Source: an uncultured Planctomycetota bacterium
GTDB lineage: Bacteria; Planctomycetota; Planctomycetia; Isosphaerales; Isosphaeraceae
Assembly: GCA_963845755.1 (NCBI GenBank)
Contig: CAWJTV010000011.1
Coordinates: forward strand, 1,088,001-1,152,000
DNA length: 64,000 bases
Direction: 5' to 3'
Shown here: positions 52,750 to 64,000 of the stretch, one piece after another
Numbering within the stretch: position 1 is the stretch's first letter
Layout: every line of letters starts with the position of its first letter
Translations under genes and position numbers: made by a program
Notes under the pieces: model-generated
The model's input: only the letters and a program-made list of their open reading frames with translations
What the model was told of the DNA's origin: nothing
The model's database searches: none

Positions 52750-55693
52750 ATGCATTTTTCGATCAAGGGGCTGCGGAAAGTGCGTCGCCACCGCCTGATC
52801 CTGATGATTGGCATGGGGCTGGCCGTGGCTGCCTGGAAGGGGCCCCCGTTGGTCGAGGGCTGGCAAGTACGATCCGAACTCCGCGCGGCAGAGCACGATC
52901 TGCGCACGGGACGTGTCGGGGACGCCCAAACCCGACTCGCTTCGCTGGCCAGGCGCTGGCCGGGCCGGGGCGACGTGGAATTCTTGCTGGGCACCTGTGA
53001 GATGGTCGCGGGCCATCAGGACGACGCCTTGAGCGCGTGGGGCCGAGTCCCGGATCGGGCCAGCGAAGCGTCCCGCGCGAACCTGTTCCGCGGCCGGTTG
53101 GCGCTGGAGACCGGCCGCTATGGACTCGCGGAGCGATGCCTGGAACGAGCCCGTCGCGCCGGCGGCGACGTCGGCGCGGAGACCCGGCAACTCCTGAGAG
53201 CGTTGTACTGGGTCACCGGCCGGCGGGACGAGGTCCGAAACATGCTCCAGGGGGAGGTCGAGCAGTTGCGCGATCCTTCCGAGCCCCTACGCATGCTCTG
53301 GAACCTCGACCACGACCCTTATCCCATCGACAGGATGACTCGGTCGCTCGAGCAAGCGAGGAAGGCGGCGCCCGACGACGACCGCGTGTGGCTAGCCCTC
53401 GCCGACCTGGCAACTCGCGTCGGACGATTTCGAAGAGGCCGACGATTGGCTCACGCGCTGCGAGCGGGCTCGGCCCGACGACGGCGCGGTCTGGCGCGCC
53501 CGCCTGCGATGGTCGCGGGCCGCGGGTCGGCCCGACGAAGTCGTACGCGCCGCGGGCCACTTGCCGCGGTCAAGCTGGACGCGGTCAGGCTTGCTCGAAT
53601 TCCATGCCTGGACGGCCGCACAACGCGGTGACCGCCACGCAGAGCGATCGGCCCTCGAATCGTTCGTCACCCTCGAGCCGGGCAATGCCGCGGCCTTCGA
53701 GCGCCTCGCCGACCTGGCCGCGCTGTCCGGAGAAAAGGAGCGGTTCGCCGAATTGCGACGCCGGAAGGCGGTCATCCAGAACGCGCGCGATCGCTACGAG
53801 CAACTGATCATTAGACCGGACATCGCGACGCACGCGGCCACGCTCGCCCGAGCCGCGGAATCGATCGGCAGGCGGTTTGACGCCAAGGCCTGGTGGCGGT
53901 TCGCCGCGGAACGGGATCGCTCTCTCGAGCAAGAAGCCGCTGCCGCGCGGATACGGCTGGCGGAGGCCGAGCCCACGCCGCTCGAGGGTGGTGGGACTCT
54001 CGCTGATCTCCTGGCGCCGGCTCGTTCTCCGAGAGCGGACAAGGAAGCGGCCCGCCGCCAGCCGAGCGTGGCCACGTTCGTCGAGGACGCCGAACCTCGC
54101 GGTGTCGTCTTCACGCTCGACAACGGGCGCAGCGACCTCCACCAGCTCCCCGAGACCATGAGCGGCGGCGTAGCCCTGCTCGATTTCGACGGCGACGGCT
54201 GGCTCGATATCTATGCGTTACAGGGGGGAATGTTTCCCCCGCCGGCTGGTCCGTCGCCATTCGGCGACCGCCTCTGGCGCAACCGGGGCGATGGCCGGTT
54301 CGAAGACGTGACGGTCGCATCCGGCCTGGCCAGGCTGCCCGGTGGTTACGGCCACGGAGTCGCGGTGGGCGACTACGATAACGACGGCCGGCCCGATCTC
54401 TTCGTCACGCGATGGCGGTCCTATGCCCTCTACCACAACCTCGGCCGGGGCCGGTTCGAAGACGTTACCGCCGGTGCCGGGCTCGGCGGCGATCGCGACT
54501 GGCCGACATCGGCGGCATGGGCCGATCTCGACAACGACGGGGATCTCGACCTGTACGTGTGCCATTATCTCAATTGGGATACCGTGAATCCCACAATTTG
54601 TAATCGACCGGGAGCTCTGGAAGAAGGGCGCGGTTACTGCGACCCGCGCCGCTTCGAAGCGCTGCCGGACCATGTCTTCCGCAACGACGGCGGCCGATTC
54701 GTGGACGTGACCGAAAAGTCCGGCCTGGCCGACCACGAGGGGCGCGGGCTGGGGGTCGTGGCGGCCGACCTCGATGACGACGGCAAGATCGACCTGTTCG
54801 TGGCCAACGATATGTCGGCCAACTACTTTCTCCGCAATCGCGGAACGTGGCGATTCTCCGAGGAGGGGCTCGAGTCGGGCCTGGCGTCGGGCGCGGCCGG
54901 CGGTTATCTGTCGGGAATGGGCGTGGCGTGCGGCGACTTCGACGGCGACGGTCGGCTTGACCTGGCCGTCACCAACTTCGTCAATCAGTCCACCACGCTT
55001 TATCACAACCACGGCGGAGGTAACTTCAGCGAACGATCCGCCGAAATCGGCCTCGCCGCCGCGACACGATTCGTGCTCGGCTTCGGGCTTGCCGCCCTGG
55101 ACGCGAACAACGACGGTCGGCTCGATCTCGTCCAGGCCAACGGCGACGTCGAGGACTACCGCCCCGCGATGCCCTATGAGATGCGCCCTCAACTGTTCCT
55201 CGGCGACGGCACCGGAAGGCTCGTCGACGTTTCGGAGACGGCCGGGCCGGCATGGCAAGTGCCGAGGGTCGCGCGCGGCCTGGCAACCGGCGATCTGGAC
55301 AACGACGGACGCGTCGATGTGGTCATCATCTCCCAGAATAGCCGGCTGGCCTTGTTGCACAACCAGTCCGCGTCCCAGGACCAATTTCTCACGCTCTTGC
55401 TCGAGGGAACCGCCTCGAATCGCGATGCTGTCGGCGCGCGCGTGACGGTGATCGCCGCCGGACGAACCCAGGTCGCGGCGCGGTTCGGCGGAGGCAGTTA
55501 TCAGTCGGCGAGCGACCAACGTCTGCATTTCGGACTGGGACCGGCACGGGTGGTCGATCGTGTCGAGGTCACGTGGCCGTCGGGCCGTCGAAGCTGCTAT
55601 CAGGGCCTCGCCGCGGGCACCGGATACCGTCTGCGCGAGGGAGACGCGGTCCCCAAGCCCCTGGCCGGCTTCCCCGCCGCGATACAGCGCTGA
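52750..55693 (+). CDS. TPR + FG-GAP + ASPIC/UnbV (CRTAC1-like) protein; frameshift ~53430
   Basis: DFDGDGWLD, DYDNDGRPD, DLDNDGDLD repeats; GGGSYQS...LHFGLG. Confidence 0.92.
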
Positions 55694-55753
55694 GTTCAGA
55701 TCGGCGGACGGAGCCGCCTCCTACAGGCGGATTTGTCGGAGGCGAGCCCTGGC

Positions 55754-58668
55754 TCAACCTACGATCGGCTCGTCGAATGACTTCGGCGGCGAGGGAAGTG
55801 CCGATCGCTCTCGACGAGACCACCAGGCGAAGGCCATCCAACCACAGAGGGTCGCTATGGAGATCATCGCGCCGATGAGGAACGATGCCGGCCGATAGGT
55901 GTACACCAGCGTGTGCTGACCCGCGCGGCACCGCGGCGCCTCGCATCATGCGGTTGGCGCGATAGATCGGCGCCGACTCGCCGTCGATGGTCAAGTGCCA
56001 GCCGGGATAATAGGTGTCGGCCAGGATGACCAGGCCGGGGCGCTCGAGTGCGGCTCGCAGGACCACCCGCTGCGGCCCGTGCTCGACGACCGTCACCGAC
56101 TCCGACGGCCCGACCGGCGTCGAGGAGAGGGCTCCCTTGAGGCCCTCCTTGTCATCGACCTCGATCAAGGCCGTCTGGCGCAGGTCAAGGACAGGTCGGT
56201 CGGGCCCACTCCAGATCGGATCGTTCATGAAGGCCAGGGTCCTCATCATTTCGCCTCGGGTCGCCGGGTCCCGGGCGGGAGAGCGTACCCGCGCGGAGTG
56301 GACAATCCAGGCGCGTGGGTAGGCGGCCTTGTTCCGGCGGAGCTGCCAGTCCTGGCTGACGGACCAGGGCTCGCCCCGACCCGGCGTGGGCTCTTCATGC
56401 AGGACCTCGGAACTGGGGTAGATCAGCTCGGTCTGGTCAAGGAACGAGGCGAATCCCCGGAGGTTGCTTCCCCACTCGGGCGTGGCGGGCAGGAGGAAGT
56501 AGCGGACGCCCCAGACGTCGAAGCTGCGGCGAGGGAAATAGGCCAGCGGCTGTCCGGCGGGGACGCCCAGGGCCCGGGCGATCCCGTCGGGCATGGGCAT
56601 CATCCTCGGCTGGAAGAAGGTGACATAGTCCTCGATTTCCAGGGATCCGATCGTCATGCCGTACTCGAGCCCGAGCGGTAGGCCGATCAGAGGGTAGAGG
56701 GTCTCGTGTGACCAGGTGGACAGTTCGGAGAGCCGCCGGGGCGTGCGGGTGGCAATGAAGCGGGTCGGATACCAGCCGGTCATTCGATGGATCCGGAACG
56801 GGCCCGGGGAAGGGTCGGACCGCTCGGCCGTCTCGATGAGCTGGGCAGCCCTGGAGGGGGCGTCGAACACGGCCTGGGGCACGGTCCAGATCAGTTTAGC
56901 ATTGGCTGTGGCGAGGTCGGCAGCCACGCACACCAACGCCAGGACACCGGCGATCCGGGGGCGACGTGGGAAAACGTATGCCAACGCGAGGATCGCCGCG
57001 AGGACGGTCGCGCCCTGGGTCAAGGCCCACTGCGTCTCGCCCCAGTGCCGGGGATATCCGCCGGGCCGAATGCCGAGTCGAGCGGGACACGACCGGCCAG
57101 ATAGCCGAGAGCGCGACCGCGCGCCGCCGTCGCCAAGGCCAGGCCTGCCAGACCGGCGGCGAGCCCGGTGAGACCGAGCCGACGCAGTCGACGCCACCCG
57201 GCGCCGTCGGCCGTCGCACGATCCCACCCCGCACCCGCCAGGACCGCCAGGGCCACCGCGGCGAACGTCACGAACTTGGCCGGATATCGGAATCCTCCGA
57301 AGCCGGGAAGGAGGATCGCGAGCAATCCGAAGGGGCTCCCGGTCCCGTCGTAGGGAAACGGATCCGGGCGCAGTTCGTCTTGAGCGGGATCGTGCGGTCC
57401 CAGCAGGGAGGCCCAAGGAGTCTCCCTCGCCCACCAGAGAGGGCCGCCGTACTTGCCGAGACTCGCGAGCAGGCTCACGACCGCGATGGTCGTCAGCCAG
57501 GTGCGCCAGGGCGGGCCAGACTTCCATCCGGCCGCGCTGAGGGCGAGGGCCAGCGTCGAGGCGCCCATGTAGAGCGAAGCGGTCCAGAACTCGTGTTCGC
57601 CGACGGGTGGGATGGCCTGCAGCCAGGAGCGATTCTCGGGACAGCTCGTCCCGAACACATTCGGCCAGAGGAGTTCGGCGAATCGGCAGGGGTCCAGGCT
57701 GTAGCGGTAAAGGGTGGGCGCGGGGATCCCGGCCGCCCGCCAGCTCTGGCCGGCGAACTCCAGGGCCGGCAGAATCTGCACCGCGGCCAGCGATGCCGCC
57801 AGGATGAAGATGGCCGCCAAACCGGCCAGCATCGGTGCCAGCCGGGCCTCGTGCGGGCGACGATGCCAGCGCCACGCCATGCCCAGGCCGACGGCCACCC
57901 AGGCCGCCAGGACCCACCCATCCGCCGTCAGCAACCGCGGCGGAGCCCATCGGGTGTAGGCGGCACCCAGCGTGGCCACGATCCAGACCCCCGCCATGCC
58001 CAGGACCATCGGCCCGTTGAGAAACGGCACCGGCCGCGCCCGGGCATGGATCGTCAGTACGATGGCATAGCCAGCGCCGCAGAGAGCCGTCAGGTAGGCC
58101 GCCTCTGGGTCGCCGGCGAGGACTTCCAGCGCCAGGACCACCGCCAGCTCGGCGCCGCCGCGAAGCCGTCGCTGTCGTAACAAGCGGTCGATGGCCCACA
58201 GGCCCCAGGGGATCCAGGCGGCTCCCATCAGGCGGTTCATGTAACAATAGAGGAACAACACCGGCGCCCCAAAGGCATAGTTCAATCCGCCGAGGTAGGA
58301 TCCCGCACGACTTACGCCGAACCCCCGCCCCAGCAAGACCACGCCGAGGAACGCCACGATCGTATGTGCGATGACGAAGAGCCGGGCAGCCCACGGATAC
58401 GGGAGCAGGGCGTAGAGCACCTTGCCGGGATAGAAAACCGCCGCGTTCGCGTTGCCGAGCAGCGGCTCGCCGCTGTTCTGCCCATCGTTCCACAGCGGCC
58501 AGCGCCCGGCGCCCACTCTTGCTGCACTTTCAGATAGAGCGGATAGAAGAGGTTGCCCGCATCGCGGTAGGCGAACTGGCCGTCTTCGAACAGGACGGTT
58601 CGATAGCAGACCACCAGGAGGACCGAGCAGCAGACCAGACCAACCAGATGCGACAGGGCGCGGGGCAT
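55754..58668 (-). CDS. YfhO-like multi-pass membrane protein (GT-C-like); frameshifted
   Basis: RDAGNLFYP...WPLWN...GEPLLGN; many TMs; C-terminal LVILADTYYPGWHLTIDG...RANRMMRGAAV. Confidence 0.78.
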
Positions 58669-60208
58669 GACAAGACTCTCGGCCGGGATCCCTCGGTCCC
58701 TTCAATGCCGGAGCGGGATCGATCTCCGAGGCCCATCAATTTGACGGCCCGCGCCCGGTTGGGTCAAGCGGCAGCCATCACGGGAGATCTGGTAGGGGGC
58801 TCTCTGAGCACCGAGACAAGCCAGCGCTTGCGCCGCCGATTCGAAACACTTCCCGATTCAGTGGGTATCCTGGATCCGGATAGTGACCGGATACTGTGCT
58901 GCGGGCCCCACTTGAAGCTCGAGCCGGCTGCCACTCGGGCCGGTCGTGACCTTCGCAGGTAAGCCTTCGACTACGATGCGTCCGGGGAGGCCGGAGAGCT
59001 GCACGGTCGTAATGTGAGTGTCTGCCGAGCGGTTCTCCAGGGTGAAGCGGGTTTCGCGCAAGGAAGGGTCGATCCGGATGGGCTGGTCGGCGGCGAAACC
59101 GTCGCGATTGAGGACCACGTGGAGTCGTCGTTCGTTGCGCACGACGTGCAGCCGCTGCCGCAAGCCGTCCTTGGGCGTGACGGCGAAGCCATCGGGGGTT
59201 TCGGTGAGGTGGCCGCCGTAAGCGATCGGGCCGAAGATCGGGTCATCGGCGACGATCGTGGCGGCCGTGCGCAGGGCGCCGCAATAGCCCAGATCGATCT
59301 CGCAACCATAGTACCAAGAGCCGCGCGGGTGCGACTTGCGGAGCCAGCTTGTCGCCCAGGCGCGGGGCTCGAAGCCGCCGCCGGCCGCGCCATCGTTCTC
59401 CTTGCCGGGATACCAATAGCCGTAATGCGATTCCGGCGTGCCGCTGTTCACAAGGGCCCAGGAGCTGAGGTAGGACGCGTAGCCCAACCGGAGATAGTCC
59501 GCCGGCTGCCTGGCATCGTGCAATGCGTAATCGAGCACGCCCCAGCCGCCCATCTGGGACATGTAGCTGAGCGTGTAGCTGCCCCCCATCCCGGCGCGGT
59601 AGTCGCTGCCGAGCAGATAGTACGCGGTTTCCAACCAACCGCGGTCCGCGATGTTGGCCCGGATTTGTTTCTCCAGGAAGCGGAGGGCGGCGTCGCGGGT
59701 GACCGAGGCCCCGGCGCCCTCGGGACGCGGCGTCGAGCCGGTCATCCGCTCCAGGGCCCACCGGGCCAGGGCGTGGGTCGATTCGAACCCCGTCGAGTCG
59801 AACGCGTACTCGGAGCCGAAGAGATAGGGGTCCTTGTTGACGAAATGGGCGACCTTCTTCTCCCAATGGCCTCGTAGCTCCTCGGCTTGCCGGGTCTTTC
59901 CATTTTCCTGGAGGGCGTCGATCACGTCCGGAATGATGACTTCGTTGTAGGTACCGGTCTCGTAGGCCGACCAGCGCTCGATGGCCATGGGCACGGTGAA
60001 GAAGGCGCGGGCCGTGCCGAACGCGCGCTCCAGGTAGGCGTCGGCGGTCAGCTCGGTCTGGATTCCGGAATAGAGCCGGGCGATCTGGTACATCCGGTAA
60101 TAGAGCAGGATGATATGCGGGTAGTCGTAGATCCGCCACAGGTGCTGTTTACCGTTGCGGCCGGGGTTCTTGCTCTCGCGGTTGGTCTTCCAGTTGGGAA
60201 TGCCGTAG

Positions 60209-61522
60209 GGTGGCTCAACAATAAGTTACCGAAATTGGTATTGACGGACGACGGCAGGTTGGATGATATTTCCGAGGATGCCGAACACACAAGTCGTCGA
60301 ATGGATTCGTGAGAAGTATTCCGCGATTGTCGGGGACTTGGATGAGCGCGCTCGAAGGCGATGGGCCGCAGTGGAGGCGCGGTCGCTCGGTTGGGGCGGC
60401 ATCGAAGCGGTGGCTGCTGCTACAGGGATGTCGGACCGCACGATTCGAACCGGGATTCGGGAACTGGATGATCTCAACTCGCCACCGCCGACCCAACAAC
60501 GCCGGTCTGGCGGCGGCCGTAAATGCCGCGAGTCCGAGCAGCCGAAGCTCGTCGAAGCCCTGCAGAAGCTGGTCGATGCCGGCGCGCGAGGCGACCCCAT
60601 GTCGCCACTCCGATGGACGTGTAAGAGCACGCGGACGTTGGCGGATGAGCTGGCGCGAGACGGGTTCGCGGTGAGCGCCAACACGGTGGGCCGACTCCTG
60701 CATGAGTGCGGCTATAGCCTGCAAGCCAACCGCAAGACGATCGAAGGCAAGCAGCATCCGGATCGTGATGCACAATTCCGACACATCAGCAAGCGAGTCA
60801 CCGCCTTCCAGCGTGCGGGACAGCCGACCATATCGGTGGATACGAAGAAGAAAGAGCCCCTGGGAAATCTCAAGAATCCGGGTCGCAGTTACCGGAGGAA
60901 GGGAGACCCCAAGAAGGTCAAGACCCATGACTTCCCGGACAAGAAGCTCGGCAAGGCGGTGCCGTACGGGGTCTACGACCTGGCCCACAACGAAGCCGGC
61001 GTGTCGGTGGGGATCAGCCACGATACGGCCGAGTTCGCGGTCGCCGCGATTCGTCGCTGGTGGGAGCGCCTGGGGCAACCCAGATATCCGCGAGCGACGC
61101 GGTTGCTGATCACGGCCGACAGTGGGGGCAGCAACAGCCCGCGAACGCGCCTCTGGAGGTGGGCCGTTCAACAGTTCGCCAACGAAACGGGCCTGGCAGT
61201 GGAACTTTGCCACTATCCACCGGGCACGAGCAAGTGGAACAAGATCGAGCATCGGCTCTTTTGCCACATCACCCGCAATTGGCGAGGTGTTCCCCTGGAG
61301 ACCTTGGAGATCGTCGTCAAGCTGATCGGCTGCACGCGAACCAAGGAGGGCCTGGAAGTTCACGCTTGGCTCGACGAGAATCACTACCAGAAGGCAAAGA
61401 CCGTATCCAGTATGCAATTATCCGAAGTCCTCATACGCCGTAACAGTTTTCACGGCGAGTGGAATTATCAGATACGACCGCACAGAAAACAGAGCCAAAT
61501 TCGGTAACTTATTGTTGAGGCC
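60209..61522 (+). mobile_element. ISAzo13-family IS copy 2 (1314 bp)
   Basis: TIR core CTCAACAATAAGTTACCGAA; TAG duplicated at 60206-60208 and 61523-61525. Confidence 0.93.
60263..61507 (+). CDS. ISAzo13-family transposase, intact
   Basis: ISVDTKKKE, PYGVYD, ITADSGGSN, PPGTSKWNKIEHRLF, HGEWNY. Confidence 0.95.
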   Translation: MIFPRMPNTQVVEWIREKYSAIVGDLDERARRRWAAVEARSLGWGGIEAVAAATGMSDRTIRTGIRELDDLNSPPPTQQRRSGGGRKCRESEQPKLVEALQKLVDAGARGDPMSPLRWTCKSTRTLADELARDGFAVSANTVGRLLHECGYSLQANRKTIEGKQHPDRDAQFRHISKRVTAFQRAGQPTISVDTKKKEPLGNLKNPGRSYRRKGDPKKVKTHDFPDKKLGKAVPYGVYDLAHNEAGVSVGISHDTAEFAVAAIRRWWERLGQPRYPRATRLLITADSGGSNSPRTRLWRWAVQQFANETGLAVELCHYPPGTSKWNKIEHRLFCHITRNWRGVPLETLEIVVKLIGCTRTKEGLEVHAWLDENHYQKAKTVSSMQLSEVLIRRNSFHGEWNYQIRPHRKQSQIR

Positions 61523-63292
61523 TAGATCGCGTAGGGAAAAGGCTCCGTCTCGGTGCACTGGAGTCCGCCCCAGACGTAATGGTGAATGTAATAGTCGATG
61601 GCTGAGACTTCGCGCTGATCGGGATACGAGACGTTCTTGGAGGCGACGTAGGGCGCCTTGCACAGACCGGGATCGTCGCAGGCGACGATGTAGGCATTGA
61701 GGCCGTCGGTGTCGTCGGGGCTGCGGAGGACCTGCTTGCGCTGGTCCCAGTCCGAGATCAGGCCGTTGTACCATTTGGATGGATCGCGGTGCTGCTGATG
61801 GCTGACCAGGAAGCGCGCCCGCTTCTTGATCAGGGTTTCCAGCGGCTCGGTGACGAAGAACTCGAGGACGGCCGATTTCTTGCCGGCGTATCGGATCGTC
61901 AGCAGGTTTTCCCCCAGCCGGGAGAAGCTGACCTTGTAGATATGGTTGTCCTGGCCGTGAGTGCCGAGATCCTCGATCCGGGTCTGATCGGGGAATTCGG
62001 CGGTGAGTGAGTCGATCGGATTGCGGGTATGCAGGGAGATCAGGGCCGGGAGGTCGGTCGGGACGGTCATTCCCGGTACGACGTTCACGTCGAAGAGATC
62101 TTCCTCGTAGAGGATGGTACGGACCCCGGCATAATCCTCACCCCATCGGCACTTGAAGCCATAGCGAGCGCGGTCGCCGGGCTGGTCTCGGGGCGCGAGG
62201 GTGACGCTGGTATGGGCTTGCCGCCAATTTCCGCCGCGGTCGCGGGCCCGAGCCCCCGCGATCGCCGAATGGAGGAACAGACTCCAGGCACGTCCGCCTC
62301 CAGGCTGCGTATCCGCGTCGAAGTACTCGAGCCGGGTGTCGTTGACGGGCGTGATGACCAGGTAGGGTCCGACGCTGTTGGGGCGCATCAGGAAGAGGAA
62401 CGAGCCGTGCCCGGAGATCCAGGAGTGGACAATCTGCCGCGCGGTGTCGGTGGCCGTCTTATCCCGGGAGAATCGCGTGTTGAAGGCCATGGGGAATGCC
62501 AGGTCGCCGATTTCGAGCGGTCCGCCGCCGAAGTTGCGCAGTGCGATGGTCCAGAGCAGCTCGCGGCCCTGGAGGGTGAACGACTCGATCAGCTCCAGGT
62601 CGGAATCGATCGGATACGTGATCTGATAGCCCGGCCGGTCCTTCGCCGCGTCGACGCGGTCGCCCCGGCCGGTCAGGCTGGACGTTCGCACCGTCTTCCA
62701 GTCGCCGCCATCGCGGCGGTAGCCGATCACCAGCGTGCCCAGGAACTTGCCGTTCTGGATGTAGTCGGTATCGAAGGCGTCGTGGGTGTGCTTGAGGCTG
62801 GCGATGCCGCCCTTGCCGAGAGTCAGCGTGAACTGGTCGTTGGCGAGCCGTTCCTGGCCGAATGCCGCGGTCGAGGAGCCGATGAAGACCAAGACCAACA
62901 CGGCGCGCGCTGCAAGTTTCATGGTTCACCCTCGAGGGATGCCCTGGGAATCGGACCGGGGATTCGGATCATTAGACGTTTCCCCCGAGATTGACGCAAC
63001 CGGACCGGATCGGGAGTGTGAGTTCGTGGCACAACCACACGGCGACTCCTACGATTGAAGACATGATACTAGATGCGGGCGACAGAGGCTCGTGCGGTTC
63101 TTGGAATCATCCCATCTTATCCGAGCCCAGCCGGCAGCCGCACGATTCGTTCCGTCCCCGTTTCGAGCACCGATCCTGACGCCCCGGTCATCGATGCGCG
63201 GAATGGGGCGGCTCTTGGGACGGTCGTCGCTTCAAACTCGTCTCCGTTGGGGCCGGCTTGAACCTTGAGCAAGTCCTTGCATAATCTACGCT

Positions 63293-64000
63293 ATGGCAAC
63301 AGTTCCCGAAGCGTTCGCCATCGCGATTCAGCACCATCAAGCCGGTCGGCTCCAGGCTGCCGAGCCGATCTATCGGCAGATCTTACAGGCTGAACCGAGC
63401 CATGCCGATGCGTGGCATCTGTTGGGTGTAATCCACAAGCAGACCGGCAATTATCAAGTTGCGGCTGAGTGCATCTCTCGCGCCTTGACCGTGAGACCCC
63501 ATTGGGCCGAGGCCCAGGCTAACCTGGGTGATGTCTTGAGGAGGCTGGGGAAACCGGACGAAGCGATCACCTGCTACCGCCGGGCACTGGAGTTGAGGCC
63601 GGACTTTGCCGAGGTCCAGATCAACCTGGGCAATGCGTTCAAGGGCCAGGGGAAACTGGAGGAAGCGATTGCCTCCTACCGACGGGCGGTCGAGCTGCGA
63701 CCGGACTTTGCCTTGCGCAGAACAACCTAGGCGCAGCGTTGAGCGATCTTGGCTACCTGGAAGAGGCGATCGCCTGCTACCGCCGGGCGCTGGACCTGAA
63801 GCCGGACTATGCCGAGGCTCAGAACAACCTGGGCAATGCGTTCAGGAAACGGGGAAAACTGGACGAAGCGATCGCCTGTCACCGCCAGGCGCTGGAGCTG
63901 AAGCCGGATTTTACCGAGGCGCAGAATGACCTGGGAACCGCGTTGACAGATCAGGGCAATCTGGAGGAAGCCATCGCCTGCCACCGCCGGGCGCTAAAGC
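63293..64000 (+). CDS. TPR-repeat protein (SPINDLY/OGT-like N-terminus), 3' truncated; frameshift ~63715
   Basis: 34-aa TPRs EAIxxYRRALELxPDFAE.QxNLG. Confidence 0.88.

Larger units (their letters stand above)
58858..62922 (-). pseudogene. DUF5695-like secreted glycoside hydrolase, interrupted by IS
   Basis: Signal peptide; ...PFPYAI|YGIPNW... rejoins in frame when the IS is removed; SYTLSYMSQMGGWG. Confidence 0.75.

Overview
High-GC bacterial DNA, very probably a planctomycete (DUF1559 prepilin gene, PVC-type heme proteins, FG-GAP/ASPIC-TPR gene, ECF sigma next to a Ser/Thr kinase). Most long genes carry 1-4 single-base frameshifts, probably long-read consensus errors, so gene models below are stitched across frames. 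Layout: (1) 1-8.4 kb: ECF sigma, zinc-finger Ser/Thr kinase, FHA-FHA-ABC transporter, methyltransferase and a GH-A hydrolase. (2) 8.5-15.4 kb, minus strand: Fic, a Dna2-like Fe-S nuclease-helicase, an ABC-type ATPase and a PD-(D/E)xK protein (candidate defence locus). (3) 15.5-20 kb: a PVC heme/dehydrogenase pair. (4) 21-40.7 kb: a mosaic defence/toxin-antitoxin island. It contains a PvuII-like M/C/R layout whose putative endonuclease is fused to HEAT-like repeats, a DUF4062-TM-TPR protein with a ~42-aa repeat I do not recognise, an HD dNTPase-like gene plus YwgA-like partner (HD gene knocked out by an ISAzo13-family IS), an ISKra4-family IS, several PIN TA pairs or remnants, and repeated truncated gene ends that suggest a decayed three-fold module. 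(5) 41-64 kb: lipoyl-like and NUDIX genes, DUF362, TPR genes, DUF1559, a sulfatase-like gene, TPR-FG-GAP, a YfhO-like membrane protein, a DUF5695 gene split by a second ISAzo13 copy, and a TPR gene running off the end. No rRNA, tRNA or CRISPR array was seen. Family names come from motif recognition, not database searches.
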